Origin: Pelagibacteraceae bacterium
Lineage (GTDB): Bacteria; Pseudomonadota; Alphaproteobacteria; GCA-002720895
Assembly (NCBI GenBank): GCA_002717245.1
Contig: PBCY01000019.1
Coordinates: 19,970-83,969, forward strand
DNA length: 64,000 bases
Reading direction: 5' to 3'
Positions within the stretch are counted from its first letter, which is position 1, and each line of letters begins with the position of its first letter. Below, piece after piece: positions 48,678 through 57,994 of this stretch. The translations under genes were made by a program, and so were the position numbers. Under the pieces are notes generated by a model. That model saw only the letters and a list, made by a program, of their open reading frames with translations. It had not been told where the DNA came from and did no database searches.

Positions 48678-48971
48678 TTATTCTGAGTTAACAGATTTCT
48701 TTAGAATTTTAGAAGGTATAAATGAAATAGTATTTCGCGCTGATATAGTATGTTCTTTACCAGTTTTTGGATTTCTTCCAATTCTTTCATTTTTATGTCT
48801 TAATTTTAGGGTTCCAAATGATGAAATTTTTAATATTTTTTTCTGAATTAAAGATTCAATCATTTCTGTAATTATTGTATCAACAAAATACGATGATTCA
48901 GAACGTGAAATACCTATTTCCTTATTTAAGTTATTTGCAATTTCAATTCTTGTTAGATTACTGTTAGACAT
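48678..48971 (-). CDS. ihfA: integration host factor subunit alpha
   Basis: 97 aa with LTRIEIANNL..., FGTLKLRHKNERIGRNPKTGKEHTISARNTISFIPSKILK, a DNABII fold with the conserved GRNPKTG arm. Confidence 0.9.
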   Translation of the reverse strand: MSNSNLTRIEIANNLNKEIGISRSESSYFVDTIITEMIESLIQKKILKISSFGTLKLRHKNERIGRNPKTGKEHTISARNTISFIPSKILKKSVNSE

Positions 48972-48988
48972 TTCAACTAATTATAATA

Positions 48989-49951
48989 CTAATATTTCAT
49001 AATAGAGCAACCCCAAGTTAGCCCTCCTCCTATAGCTTCAAAAACAACAATATCCCCTCTTTTTATTATTTTTTTTTTAACTGCGTAATCTAAAGTTAAA
49101 GGTATAGATGCAGAGGACGTATTTGCATATTTATCGACAGTAGCTAACACTTTATCTTTTGAAACACCAAGCTTAACAGCTGTCATATCCATTATTCTTT
49201 TGTTGGCTTGATGAGGAACTATCCAATCTATGTCATTCTTTTTTAAATTATTTTTTTTTAAGCTTATTTCAATGCAACTAACTAACTTTTGCACAGCGTG
49301 TTTGAAAACTTCTTTACCTTTCATTTTAACATATCCAGCTTTTTGATTAGTAGCAACTCCACCATTGACATAAAGTAAATCATAATGTCTACCATCTGAA
49401 TATAATTCAGTTGATATTATTCCAGAATTTTTTTTTTTATTCTTACCTAAAACTATAGCTCCTGCACCATCACCAAAAAGAACACATGTTGATCTATCAT
49501 TCCAATCTAGAATTCTTGAGAAAACTTCTGAACCTATAACTAATGCATTTTTTGCTTGATTATTTACAATATAATTATCTGCCACAGAAAGAGCATAAAT
49601 GAATCCGGAGCAAGCTGCTTGTATATCAAAAGCAAATCCTTTCTTAATACCTAATTTACCTTGTATCTTAGTTGCTGTAGAAGGAAATGTATGATCAGGT
49701 GTTGATGTAGCAACAATTATTAGATCAATGTTTGATATAGAAATTTGAGAATTTTTAATAGCCTTTTGCGCAGCCTCAAAACCTAAATCGGAATTAAATT
49801 GTTTTTTATCAGCAATATGTCTTTGTCTTATACCAGTTCTAGTTTTAATCCATTCGTCACTAGTTTTTAATTTTTTAGGAAGCTCATTATTTTTAATAAT
49901 TTTTTTTGGTAAATAACTGCCGCAACCTAAAATATAACTAGAAAAATTCAT
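48989..49951 (-). CDS. fabH: 3-oxoacyl-ACP synthase III
   Basis: 320 aa with active-site Cys (AACSGFIYAL), VPHQANKRI and GGGLTWG. Confidence 0.95.
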   Translation of the reverse strand: MNFSSYILGCGSYLPKKIIKNNELPKKLKTSDEWIKTRTGIRQRHIADKKQFNSDLGFEAAQKAIKNSQISISNIDLIIVATSTPDHTFPSTATKIQGKLGIKKGFAFDIQAACSGFIYALSVADNYIVNNQAKNALVIGSEVFSRILDWNDRSTCVLFGDGAGAIVLGKNKKKNSGIISTELYSDGRHYDLLYVNGGVATNQKAGYVKMKGKEVFKHAVQKLVSCIEISLKKNNLKKNDIDWIVPHQANKRIMDMTAVKLGVSKDKVLATVDKYANTSSASIPLTLDYAVKKKIIKRGDIVVFEAIGGGLTWGCSIMKY

Positions 49952-49956
49952 TACAA

Positions 49957-50972
49957 TTATTTAAATAATTTTTTTATATCAGAAATAATTTTTTCATTAA
50001 AATTATTAATACTTAAATCGTAAGCAACTGAAATAGCATTTGCAAAACCATAAGCATCTGATCTGCCATGACTTTTTACTACAATTCCATTTAAACCTAA
50101 AAACATAGCTCCGTTATATTTACCAGGGTTAACTCTATTCCATAATGATTTTAATACTGGTAATGAAATTATAAAAGCAAATTTAGAATATAAATTATCT
50201 TTAAAAGAGCTTTTTAAATAACTAGTGTATAAATCAGCCGTTCCTTCTGCTGTCTTAAGAGCTATATTTCCTGTAAAACCATCTGTAACCACGACATCCA
50301 CTAATCCTTTAGGTATATCATTTCCTTCAATAAAACCATAAAAATTTATATTTTTTTCCATTTGTAATTTTTTTGCAGCTAATTGAACAATTTGATTTCC
50401 TTTTAAAACTTCAGAACCAACATTTAGTAATCCAATTTTTGGTTTATTAATATTTAACAAGGTTTTAGAAAAAGTTTTACCTAATATTGCAAAATCTAAT
50501 ATATTTTTTAAGTCGCATTCAATATTAGCCCCTAAATCCAACATAACAGTTTTTGATTTCATTGTAGGAAACATGCTAGCTATTGCAGGTCTACTAATTC
50601 CTTTGATAGTTTTCATTAAAACAGTAGAAATAACCATTAGTGCTCCAGTATTTCCGCTACTCACTATTGCGTGCGATTTACCATCTTTAACAGATTGTAC
50701 TGCACGAAACATGCTAGAGTTTTTATATTTTCTCAATGCATCAGTTGGTTTCGTTTCATTTGAAATAACTTGACTAGTATCGACAATATTATAAATATTT
50801 TTAAATTTTTTTTTTTAATATAAAAATCTATTTTTTTTTTATTCCCAAAAAAAATAAATTTAACATTCGAAACTTTTTTAGAAGCAATTATTGCTCCATC
50901 TATAGCGGCTTGAGGGCCTAGATCACCGCCCATTGCATCTATAGAAATTATAATTTCTTTCGAATTACTCAC
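49957..50972 (-). pseudogene. plsX: phosphate acyltransferase PlsX, split into two ORFs by a frameshift in an 11-nt homopolymer
   Basis: The N-terminal ORF 50733-50972 (ISIDAMGGDLGPQAAIDG...) and the C-terminal ORF 49957-50736 (KNSSMFRAV...VSSGNTGALM...DLGAN...VVTDGFTGNIALKT...VKSHG) together make a full-length PlsX of about 338 aa. The C-terminal frame extends upstream (NIYNIVDTSQVISNETKPTDALRKYKNSSM) to the T11 run at 50806-50816. Confidence 0.9.
50806..50816. repeat. T11 (A11 in the mRNA) homopolymer at the plsX frameshift
   Basis: Counted directly: 11 consecutive T. One more (12) or two fewer (9) would restore the plsX frame. Confidence 0.9.
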
Positions 50973-50996
50973 AAAACTTTAATTAAATAAATAAAT

Positions 50997-51182
50997 TTAT
51001 TTAGTTGGGTCAATAATTTTTTTTCCCTTATATTCACCTGTTGTTTTATCAATATGGTGCGGTCTTCTAAGTTCTCCTGAATTTTTATCTTCAATGTATT
51101 TAACTACATTTAATTTACCTTTTAGATGTGAAGCACGCATTTTTGACTTTGATTTTGATGTTTTTTTTTTTGGTACGGCCAT
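50997..51182 (-). CDS. rpmF: 50S ribosomal protein L32
   Basis: 61 aa. [19 protein letters not shown] is the L32 N-terminal signature. Lies upstream of plsX-fabH as usual. Confidence 0.93.
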   Translation of the reverse strand: MAVPKKKTSKSKSKMRASHLKGKLNVVKYIEDKNSGELRRPHHIDKTTGEYKGKKIIDPTK

Positions 51183-51257
51183 TTTAATTAAATTTAATGT
51201 TCAATTATTATCATTTAAAAAATAAAAAAACAAATGAATTATTTATTAAAAAAAAAT

Positions 51258-51797
51258 TTATTTAGGTTCGTTAAATAAATATTTAATAAAAATTTTCTCA
51301 GATTTTAAAGAGTTCAATTTATTGTCTTGCATATTAATATATTTGTAAAAATTATCTAAATCATTTTTTTTAACTTTATCTTTAAAAACAAATTTTTTTA
51401 TTGGTTTTTTAATATTATTAAAACCCAAAATAATTGATTTATCATATGTAGTCATTCTATAAGAAAATATTCTTGCTAATGTCTTAACTTTCTTACCAAC
51501 TGATAAATCTCCAACACCAATTTCTCTTAAAGAATAATCAATATATTCAAATAAAAAATCATATAAAATTTGCAATCTTTCTTTATTTGTCTCATCATTC
51601 TTAAATCTTTTATATAATAAATAAATAAATATTAATATAATCTCATATCTTGAATAAAAATTATCTGAAATATTAAATTTTTTATTTGAAGAAATAAAAG
51701 TAGAAACTTTTATAATATTATCCAAACTATGTTTAATTTGTTTTTTATTATATTTTTTTCCTTTGAAAAAAATTTTTTTTAAATTATTTAATACCAT
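51258..51797 (-). CDS. ubiquinol-cytochrome c chaperone (CBP3-like) family protein
   Basis: 179 aa. YSRYEIILIFIYLLYKRF...DYSLREIGVGDLSVGKKVK matches the conserved LRE.GVGD..VGK core of PF03981-type proteins. The position next to bamE and rpmF is the typical alphaproteobacterial one. Confidence 0.75.
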   Translation of the reverse strand: MVLNNLKKIFFKGKKYNKKQIKHSLDNIIKVSTFISSNKKFNISDNFYSRYEIILIFIYLLYKRFKNDETNKERLQILYDFLFEYIDYSLREIGVGDLSVGKKVKTLARIFSYRMTTYDKSIILGFNNIKKPIKKFVFKDKVKKNDLDNFYKYINMQDNKLNSLKSEKIFIKYLFNEPK

Positions 51798-51805
51798 TAT
51801 AAAAT

Positions 51806-52258
51806 ATGAATAATTTTAAAATAATTTTAAATATAATTTTTGCCACACTTTTTTTTCAATTAAGTTCTTGTGGATTAAAAGTTGTTGAAAATCATGGTCA
51901 AGTATATGAAAAAAATATAGATTTCGAAGAACTTATAATAGGAAAATCTACAAAAAATGAAGTTGTTGAATTATTAGGTTCTCCATCTACAACAAGTATT
52001 TTTGATAATGAGCAAAGTTGGATTTATATAAGCTCTGAGTTTAAAAAATTAGTTTTTTTAGACGGTGAAAATACAGACCAAAAAATATTAATATTATCAT
52101 TCAATGAAGAAACATTAAAAAATAAAGAAATATTATCTAAAAATGATATTAAAAATATCGATTACGAGGAAACAATTACAGATAGTAGAGGAAAAAAAAT
52201 AAGTTGGATAAAAAGATTTTTTACTAATTTAAATCCTAACCCTTATGGAAATAAATAA
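51806..52258 (+). CDS. bamE: outer membrane protein assembly factor BamE (SmpA/OmlA)
   Basis: 150 aa with a lipoprotein signal (FQLSSCG) and GKSTKNEVVELLGSPSTTSIFDNEQSWIYI, the typical BamE fold motif. Confidence 0.8.
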   Translation: MNNFKIILNIIFATLFFQLSSCGLKVVENHGQVYEKNIDFEELIIGKSTKNEVVELLGSPSTTSIFDNEQSWIYISSEFKKLVFLDGENTDQKILILSFNEETLKNKEILSKNDIKNIDYEETITDSRGKKISWIKRFFTNLNPNPYGNK

Positions 52259-52259
52259 T

Positions 52260-54353
52260 TTAATAAGCTAAAAAGCCTAACAATAACAAAGCAACAATAT
52301 TAGTAATTTTTATCATCGGGTTAATAGCTGGACCTGCAGTATCTTTATATGGATCTCCAACAGTGTCTCCTGTAACAGCAGCTTTATGTGCGTCTGAGCC
52401 CTTTCCTCCTAGATTTCCATCTTCTATATATTTTTTAGCATTATCCCAAGCGCCGCCGCCCGCAGTCATTGATATCGCTACAAACAATCCTGTAAGAATT
52501 ATGCCTAGTAGCATGGCACCAACTGATGCAAGGGCAGACCCTTGATCAGCAACAAGTAGTATAAAATAATATAATATTATAGGTGATAAAACTGGAAGCA
52601 ATGAAGGAACAATCATTTCTCTAATAGCTGTTTTAGTTAACATATCAACACATTTTCCGTATTCTGGTTTCTTTTTACCTGACATAATTCCTTTTATTTC
52701 AGAAAATTGTCTTCTAACCTCTATAACAACTGCTGAACCTGCTCTTCCGACTGCTGTCATTCCCATTGAAGCAAAAAGATAAGGTAATAAACCTCCAAAG
52801 ATTAAACCAACAACAACATATGGATTTGATAAACTAAAATTAATATTAGAAACTTCAATGTAATTGTTCTCAATAAAAAAATTTAAATCAGCTGTATATG
52901 TAGCAAATAAAACTAATGCTCCTAGGCCAGCTGACCCGATAGCATATCCCTTAGTAATAGCTTTTGTTGTATTTCCAACAGCATCAAGAGCATCTGTAAC
53001 TTTTCTAACTTTATTATCAAGTTTTGACATTTCTGCTATACCGCCAGCATTATCAGTTACAGGACCATAAGCATCTAATGCTACAACCATTCCTGCTAAT
53101 GCTAGCATTGAAGTTACTGAAATAGCTATACCAAAAAGACCTGCAAATTTAAAAGATAAAATTATTCCGAAACAAATTATAATTGCAGGTATAGCAGTAG
53201 CTTCAAGACTTACAGCTAAGCCTTGAATAATATTTGTGGCATGGCCTGTCTCGGAAGATTTTGCAATACTTTGTACTGGTTTAAAATTGGTACCAGTATA
53301 ATATTCTGTTACCCAAATTAACAAACTTGTTATTATTAAACCGGTCAATCCACAATAAAATAAATCCTTACCGGTAAAATTAGTATTGTCTAAAGAAAAA
53401 TTTTGGTTTAATCCAATAAAATAATCAGTTAAAAACCATAAACTAATTGCTGATAAAATTGCTGTTACAAAAAATCCTTTATATAAAGCCCCCATCACAT
53501 TATTATTTTTACCTAATCTCACAAAAAAAGTTCCTATAATACTAGTAATTATACAAACTCCTCCAATAGCTAATGGGTATGACATAATTTGAAACAATAA
53601 ATCACTTTGATTAAAAAATATTGAAGCTAATACCATTGTTGCAACAACAGTTACAACATAAGTTTCAAATAAATCGGCTGCCATCCCAGCACAGTCACCT
53701 ACATTATCACCTACGTTATCTGCAATAACTGCAGGATTTCTTGGATCGTCTTCAGGTATACCTGCCTCAACTTTTCCAACTAAATCTGCACCTACATCAG
53801 CTCCTTTTGTAAAAATTCCCCCACCAAGTCTTGCAAATATAGAAATTAAAGATGCTCCAAAACTTAATCCAACTAAAGGTTCTATTAAACCTCTACCATC
53901 AATGCCTTTATTTAATAGAAAAGCATAATATCCTCCGATAGATAGTAATGCTAATCCAACTACTAACATTCCTGTCACGGATCCTGCCTTAAAAGCTATA
54001 CTTAAACCTTCTGCTAATCCTTTTGAAGAAGCTGCTGCTGTCCTAACATTAGATCTTACTGAGATATGCATTCCAACATATCCGGCTAAACCTGATAATA
54101 CTGCCCCAAGAAAAAATCCAAAGGCTACATAAAAATTAAAAAAATAAAAAATTAAAATAAAAATTGCAAAACCAACATAAGATATTGTTAAATACTGTCT
54201 ATTTAGATAAGCGTTTGCGCCTTCCTGTATAGCAAGAGAAATTTCTCTCATCTTTTTATTCCCTGAATCAGAACTTAGAATACTTTTGGATATAAAAATT
54301 CCATAAATTATTGAACTTAAACCACAAATAATTGCAAATATAATTGGATTCAT
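52260..54353 (-). CDS. hppA: membrane-bound H+-translocating pyrophosphatase, K+-insensitive type
   Basis: 697 aa with [39 protein letters not shown] and [20 protein letters not shown] carries Lys at the position that distinguishes K+-independent from K+-dependent (Ala) enzymes. Confidence 0.96.
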   Translation of the reverse strand: MNPIIFAIICGLSSIIYGIFISKSILSSDSGNKKMREISLAIQEGANAYLNRQYLTISYVGFAIFILIFYFFNFYVAFGFFLGAVLSGLAGYVGMHISVRSNVRTAAASSKGLAEGLSIAFKAGSVTGMLVVGLALLSIGGYYAFLLNKGIDGRGLIEPLVGLSFGASLISIFARLGGGIFTKGADVGADLVGKVEAGIPEDDPRNPAVIADNVGDNVGDCAGMAADLFETYVVTVVATMVLASIFFNQSDLLFQIMSYPLAIGGVCIITSIIGTFFVRLGKNNNVMGALYKGFFVTAILSAISLWFLTDYFIGLNQNFSLDNTNFTGKDLFYCGLTGLIITSLLIWVTEYYTGTNFKPVQSIAKSSETGHATNIIQGLAVSLEATAIPAIIICFGIILSFKFAGLFGIAISVTSMLALAGMVVALDAYGPVTDNAGGIAEMSKLDNKVRKVTDALDAVGNTTKAITKGYAIGSAGLGALVLFATYTADLNFFIENNYIEVSNINFSLSNPYVVVGLIFGGLLPYLFASMGMTAVGRAGSAVVIEVRRQFSEIKGIMSGKKKPEYGKCVDMLTKTAIREMIVPSLLPVLSPIILYYFILLVADQGSALASVGAMLLGIILTGLFVAISMTAGGGAWDNAKKYIEDGNLGGKGSDAHKAAVTGDTVGDPYKDTAGPAINPMIKITNIVALLLLGFLAY

Positions 54354-54392
54354 AATTTAACAGTTTTAAATAGTTTTTTTATAAAAATCAAA

Positions 54393-55367
54393 TTAAAAAT
54401 GCTTAAAACCTAAATTTTGAAAAGATAATTTTTGATTATTTTTATCTAATATTAAAAGCTTTTTTCCTTTAACAATCTTTCCAATCTTTGTTATTTTAAT
54501 AAAATTTTTTTTTGCCAATAAAATTAGATTATTATAATACTTTCTTTTTGCAGTAAAAATTAGTTGATAATCTTCTCCACAAGTGAGCAAATAATTAATA
54601 TCAATCTTTTTTTTTTTTATTAGATTTTTTGTATATGTAGTAAATGGAATATTTTCGATATAAATTGTAGCGCCGCAACTAGAAGAAGTAATAATATTAT
54701 TTAAATCTGCAAGAAGTCCGTCTGAAATATCTGTTGCAGAATTAGCTAATAAACATAAGTTTTTTCCAAAATTTACTGGGGGATCTGGCAATTTATGTTT
54801 ACTAATATAAAAGTTATTTAATTTAGTATTTAGATTTAATTTATTTAATAATATTTTATAACCAATACCACTATCACCAATATTACCTGTCACATAAATA
54901 TCATCATTATTTTGTGCATTGGATCTTTTAATAATTTTTTTTTTTTTAAAACCGAATAAAGTTAGAGACAAAATTAAAGGTCCCTTAGTTATAACTGTAT
55001 CGCCACCTAATAGTTCAATCTGATACTTTAATTGGTCTTGTTTTAAACCTTTAGCAAATAATTTAATCCAATTTATTAATTTTTTATTTCCAAATTTTTT
55101 AGGTAAAGATAAATTAAGTGTATAACCAAATGGTTCAGCTCCCATAGACGCCAAATCTGATAAATTTGATCTCAACAATTTTTTTGCTATTAATAGAGAA
55201 TTTTTTTCATTTTTCTGAAAATGATCTCCTTCAACTATTGAATCTGTACAAACTACAATTTGTTTTTTATTTGGTAATAAATTTGCATCATCATCTAAAT
55301 TCAAAGAATATTCTTTTCTTATAGATAATGGCAAAAAAATCTTTTTTATAACTTCATATTCATTCAT
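54393..55367 (-). CDS. thiL: thiamine-monophosphate kinase
   Basis: 324 aa with the AIR-synthase-like fold (DDDANLL, DSIVEGDHF, NLSDLASMGAEP, TDISDGLLADL). Overlaps nusB by 8 nt as in many bacteria. Confidence 0.88.
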   Translation of the reverse strand: MNEYEVIKKIFLPLSIRKEYSLNLDDDANLLPNKKQIVVCTDSIVEGDHFQKNEKNSLLIAKKLLRSNLSDLASMGAEPFGYTLNLSLPKKFGNKKLINWIKLFAKGLKQDQLKYQIELLGGDTVITKGPLILSLTLFGFKKKKIIKRSNAQNNDDIYVTGNIGDSGIGYKILLNKLNLNTKLNNFYISKHKLPDPPVNFGKNLCLLANSATDISDGLLADLNNIITSSSCGATIYIENIPFTTYTKNLIKKKKIDINYLLTCGEDYQLIFTAKRKYYNNLILLAKKNFIKITKIGKIVKGKKLLILDKNNQKLSFQNLGFKHF

Positions 55368-55791
55368 CAGTTATATTATTTGCTATTTTATCAAGAATTC
55401 CATTTATCAAACCAACTTCATTTTTATTTAAAAAAGAACTGCTAACTTTGTTATACTCAGAAATGGAAATTTTATGAGATAAATCTTTAAAATAAATAAT
55501 TTCACATACACCAAGTTCTAAAATAACTTTTATGATAGTTTCCATTTTTAGAAATTTTTTTTTTTTTACAACAATTTCTAATTCTTTATCTACTTCTTTT
55601 TTATTCTGAATTGTTTTATTAATTAGTTTAAAAAAAAATTTTCTATCTGGAACGTTTTTAGTTTCTTTATCATTAAGTAAATTTTTTTTAACTGTATTTA
55701 AATCAATACTTTTATTTAAGGATAACTGATATAACGCTTGAGTTGCTAATACTCTTGACCATGACCTAGATCCTTTAACTTTATTTATCAT
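55360..55791 (-). CDS. nusB: transcription antitermination factor NusB
   Basis: 143 aa with SRVLATQALYQ and ...ISISEYNKVSSSF...GLINGILDKI, the NusB helical pattern. Lies downstream of ribH. Confidence 0.88.
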   Translation of the reverse strand: MINKVKGSRSWSRVLATQALYQLSLNKSIDLNTVKKNLLNDKETKNVPDRKFFFKLINKTIQNKKEVDKELEIVVKKKKFLKMETIIKVILELGVCEIIYFKDLSHKISISEYNKVSSSFLNKNEVGLINGILDKIANNITDE

Positions 55792-55794
55792 GTT

Positions 55795-56307
55795 TTATTT
55801 TAAGAAATTATTTATAACTCCAATTGCTTGTAAAGTACATTTAGAATATTTTTCTTCAGCTTCTTTTAAAGAATTTGCATTAAAAATACCATTTCCTATT
55901 GGCATTAAATTTTCTATACTTATTTTTTGCAAATTGGTAAATATAGAAGTAGAAATTGCTTCATGATTAATAGTTTTACCTTTAATTACGCAACCTAATA
56001 CTAAAAAACCAGAATATATACATTGATTATTAATGTTTAATTGACTCAATTTAGCCATTTGAACAATGTTATCTCTTATTTCTTTTTTTTCTTTATTTTT
56101 AAAAGAACTAATTTTTATTTTATTATCAACGCTATCTTCCTTTATACTTCTAATAACTTCATACGGAATCTCAAATGAACCTGGTACACCAACCAAATCA
56201 TATTCAAAATTATTTTTCTTTAAATTTTTTTCAGCAATCATTACCATAGATTTAATTATTTCATCGTAATAATATTTCGAATAAATTATTTTTATTTTAT
56301 GTTTCAT
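55795..56307 (-). CDS. ribH: 6,7-dimethyl-8-ribityllumazine synthase (with a K/N-rich insertion of about 30 aa)
   Basis: 170 aa with VGVPGSFEIPYEV, LGCVIKGKTINHEAIS and PIGNGIFNA. There is an extra segment (KEDSVDNKIKISSFKNKEKKEIRDNIVQMAKLSQLNINN) between the conserved blocks, relative to E. coli RibH from memory. Confidence 0.88.
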   Translation of the reverse strand: MKHKIKIIYSKYYYDEIIKSMVMIAEKNLKKNNFEYDLVGVPGSFEIPYEVIRSIKEDSVDNKIKISSFKNKEKKEIRDNIVQMAKLSQLNINNQCIYSGFLVLGCVIKGKTINHEAISTSIFTNLQKISIENLMPIGNGIFNANSLKEAEEKYSKCTLQAIGVINNFLK

Positions 56308-57392
56308 TTTATTGGAACAGTATCAATTATTTTTAAACCATATCCTTCTAATCCAACAATTGTTTTCTTACTATTAGATACTAAAATCATATTTTTAATC
56401 CCCAAATCAATTAAAATCTGAGCTCCTACTCCGTAGTCTCTTAACTGTGAACTATTTTTATCATCAAAATTAGATTTTATTCTTTGTGACAACGTCCATG
56501 ATCTTGGTTCTCTAATAATAACAATAACACCATTTTTCTTTTTTGAGATCATTTGCATAGATTTTTTTATTTGATTATCAATAAAAGAAGATGTGCCAAG
56601 TATATCTGTTAAAAAATTTAATGCATGCACTCTAACTAAAACTGGTTTTTTTGGATTTATTTTTCCTTTAACTAAAGCTATATGTTCTGCAGGAACAATT
56701 TTATTTTTATAAACTATTAATTGAAAATTTCCACCATATCTACTATTAATTTTTGTTTTTAATGATCTCTCTATTATTTTTTCTTTTTTTCTTCTATAGG
56801 ATATTAAATCAGATATTGTAGAAACTTTTATATTATGCTTTTTAGAAAAATTAAATAAATCATCTCTCCTTGCCATAGTTCCGTCATCATTCATGATTTC
56901 ACATATTACTCCTGAAGGATTAAGATTTGCTAAAGAAGCAATATCGACTGCAGCTTCTGTATGACCAGCTCTAACCAGAACTCCTCCATCCTGCGCTCTA
57001 AGAGGGAAAATATGACCAGGTGTAGAAATATCATTTGAATTTTTTTTTGTATTTATAGCAACTTGAATTGTCTTTGCTCTATCTTTGGCGGAAATTCCAG
57101 TTGAAATTCCCTTTTTTGCTTCAATTGATATAGTAAATGCGGTTTTACGTCTTGATGCATTATGTTGAGGCATTAATGGTAAATTTAATTCTTCAATTCT
57201 TTTTCCGGACAAAGCAAGGCAAATTAATCCTCTTCCGTATTTAGCCATAAAATTAATCTTATCTGAATTTATTTTCTCCGCTGGAACAATTAAATCACCT
57301 TCATTTTCTCTTTTTTCATCATCTACTAAAATAAACATCCTACCTTTTTTAGCATCTTTAATAATTTCTTCTATTTTTGAAAATAATTTCAT
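56304..57392 (-). CDS. ribBA: bifunctional 3,4-dihydroxy-2-butanone-4-phosphate synthase / GTP cyclohydrolase II
   Basis: 362 aa with DDEKRENEGDLIVPAE, RAGHTEAAVDIA (RibB half) and a C-terminal RibA-like half (VRVHALNFLTDILG...DYGVGAQILIDLG). Confidence 0.93.
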   Translation of the reverse strand: MKLFSKIEEIIKDAKKGRMFILVDDEKRENEGDLIVPAEKINSDKINFMAKYGRGLICLALSGKRIEELNLPLMPQHNASRRKTAFTISIEAKKGISTGISAKDRAKTIQVAINTKKNSNDISTPGHIFPLRAQDGGVLVRAGHTEAAVDIASLANLNPSGVICEIMNDDGTMARRDDLFNFSKKHNIKVSTISDLISYRRKKEKIIERSLKTKINSRYGGNFQLIVYKNKIVPAEHIALVKGKINPKKPVLVRVHALNFLTDILGTSSFIDNQIKKSMQMISKKKNGVIVIIREPRSWTLSQRIKSNFDDKNSSQLRDYGVGAQILIDLGIKNMILVSNSKKTIVGLEGYGLKIIDTVPIK

Positions 57393-57994
57393 AATTTATT
57401 TATATCGATATAATTAGAAACATATCTTGCTATCATATCTACTTCTAGATTTAATAGTTCATTAATTCTTACTTTATCAAACGTGGTTGTTTTTAATGTA
57501 TGAGGTATAATATTTACTTCAAAACTAGATCTAGAAACATTATTAATTGTTAAAGAAGTACCGTTTACTGATACTGATCCTTTTTTAGTAATAAAATTTC
57601 TTAATTCAAAAGGTATTTCAATTTTTAAAAATAAGCTAGAACCAACATATTTTCTGGAAATTAATTTAACACTTTTATCTATATGCCCAAAAACCATATG
57701 CCCAGATATTTCATCACCCACTTTTAAGGAAGTTTCTAAATTAATTAATGATCCTATTTTTAATACGCTTAAGTTAGTTTTTGACATAGTTTCCTTAGAT
57801 GCTGTAATTACAAACCAATTATTTTTTTTCTTTTTTCCTCTTTTAATAATAGTTAAACAAACTCCATTACAACAAATTGACGAACCTATTTTTAAATTTT
57901 TATAATTAATATTTGTAGAAATAAAAAACTTTTTATCAGCTGAATTTCTAACCTTAAAAATTTCTCCTATATCTTCTATAATTCCAGTAAACAT
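57389..57994 (-). CDS. ribE: riboflavin synthase
   Basis: 201 aa with MFTGIIEDIG and two lumazine-binding repeats (GSSICCNGVCLT / GSVSVNGTSLT). Confidence 0.93.
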   Translation of the reverse strand: MFTGIIEDIGEIFKVRNSADKKFFISTNINYKNLKIGSSICCNGVCLTIIKRGKKKKNNWFVITASKETMSKTNLSVLKIGSLINLETSLKVGDEISGHMVFGHIDKSVKLISRKYVGSSLFLKIEIPFELRNFITKKGSVSVNGTSLTINNVSRSSFEVNIIPHTLKTTTFDKVRINELLNLEVDMIARYVSNYIDINKL

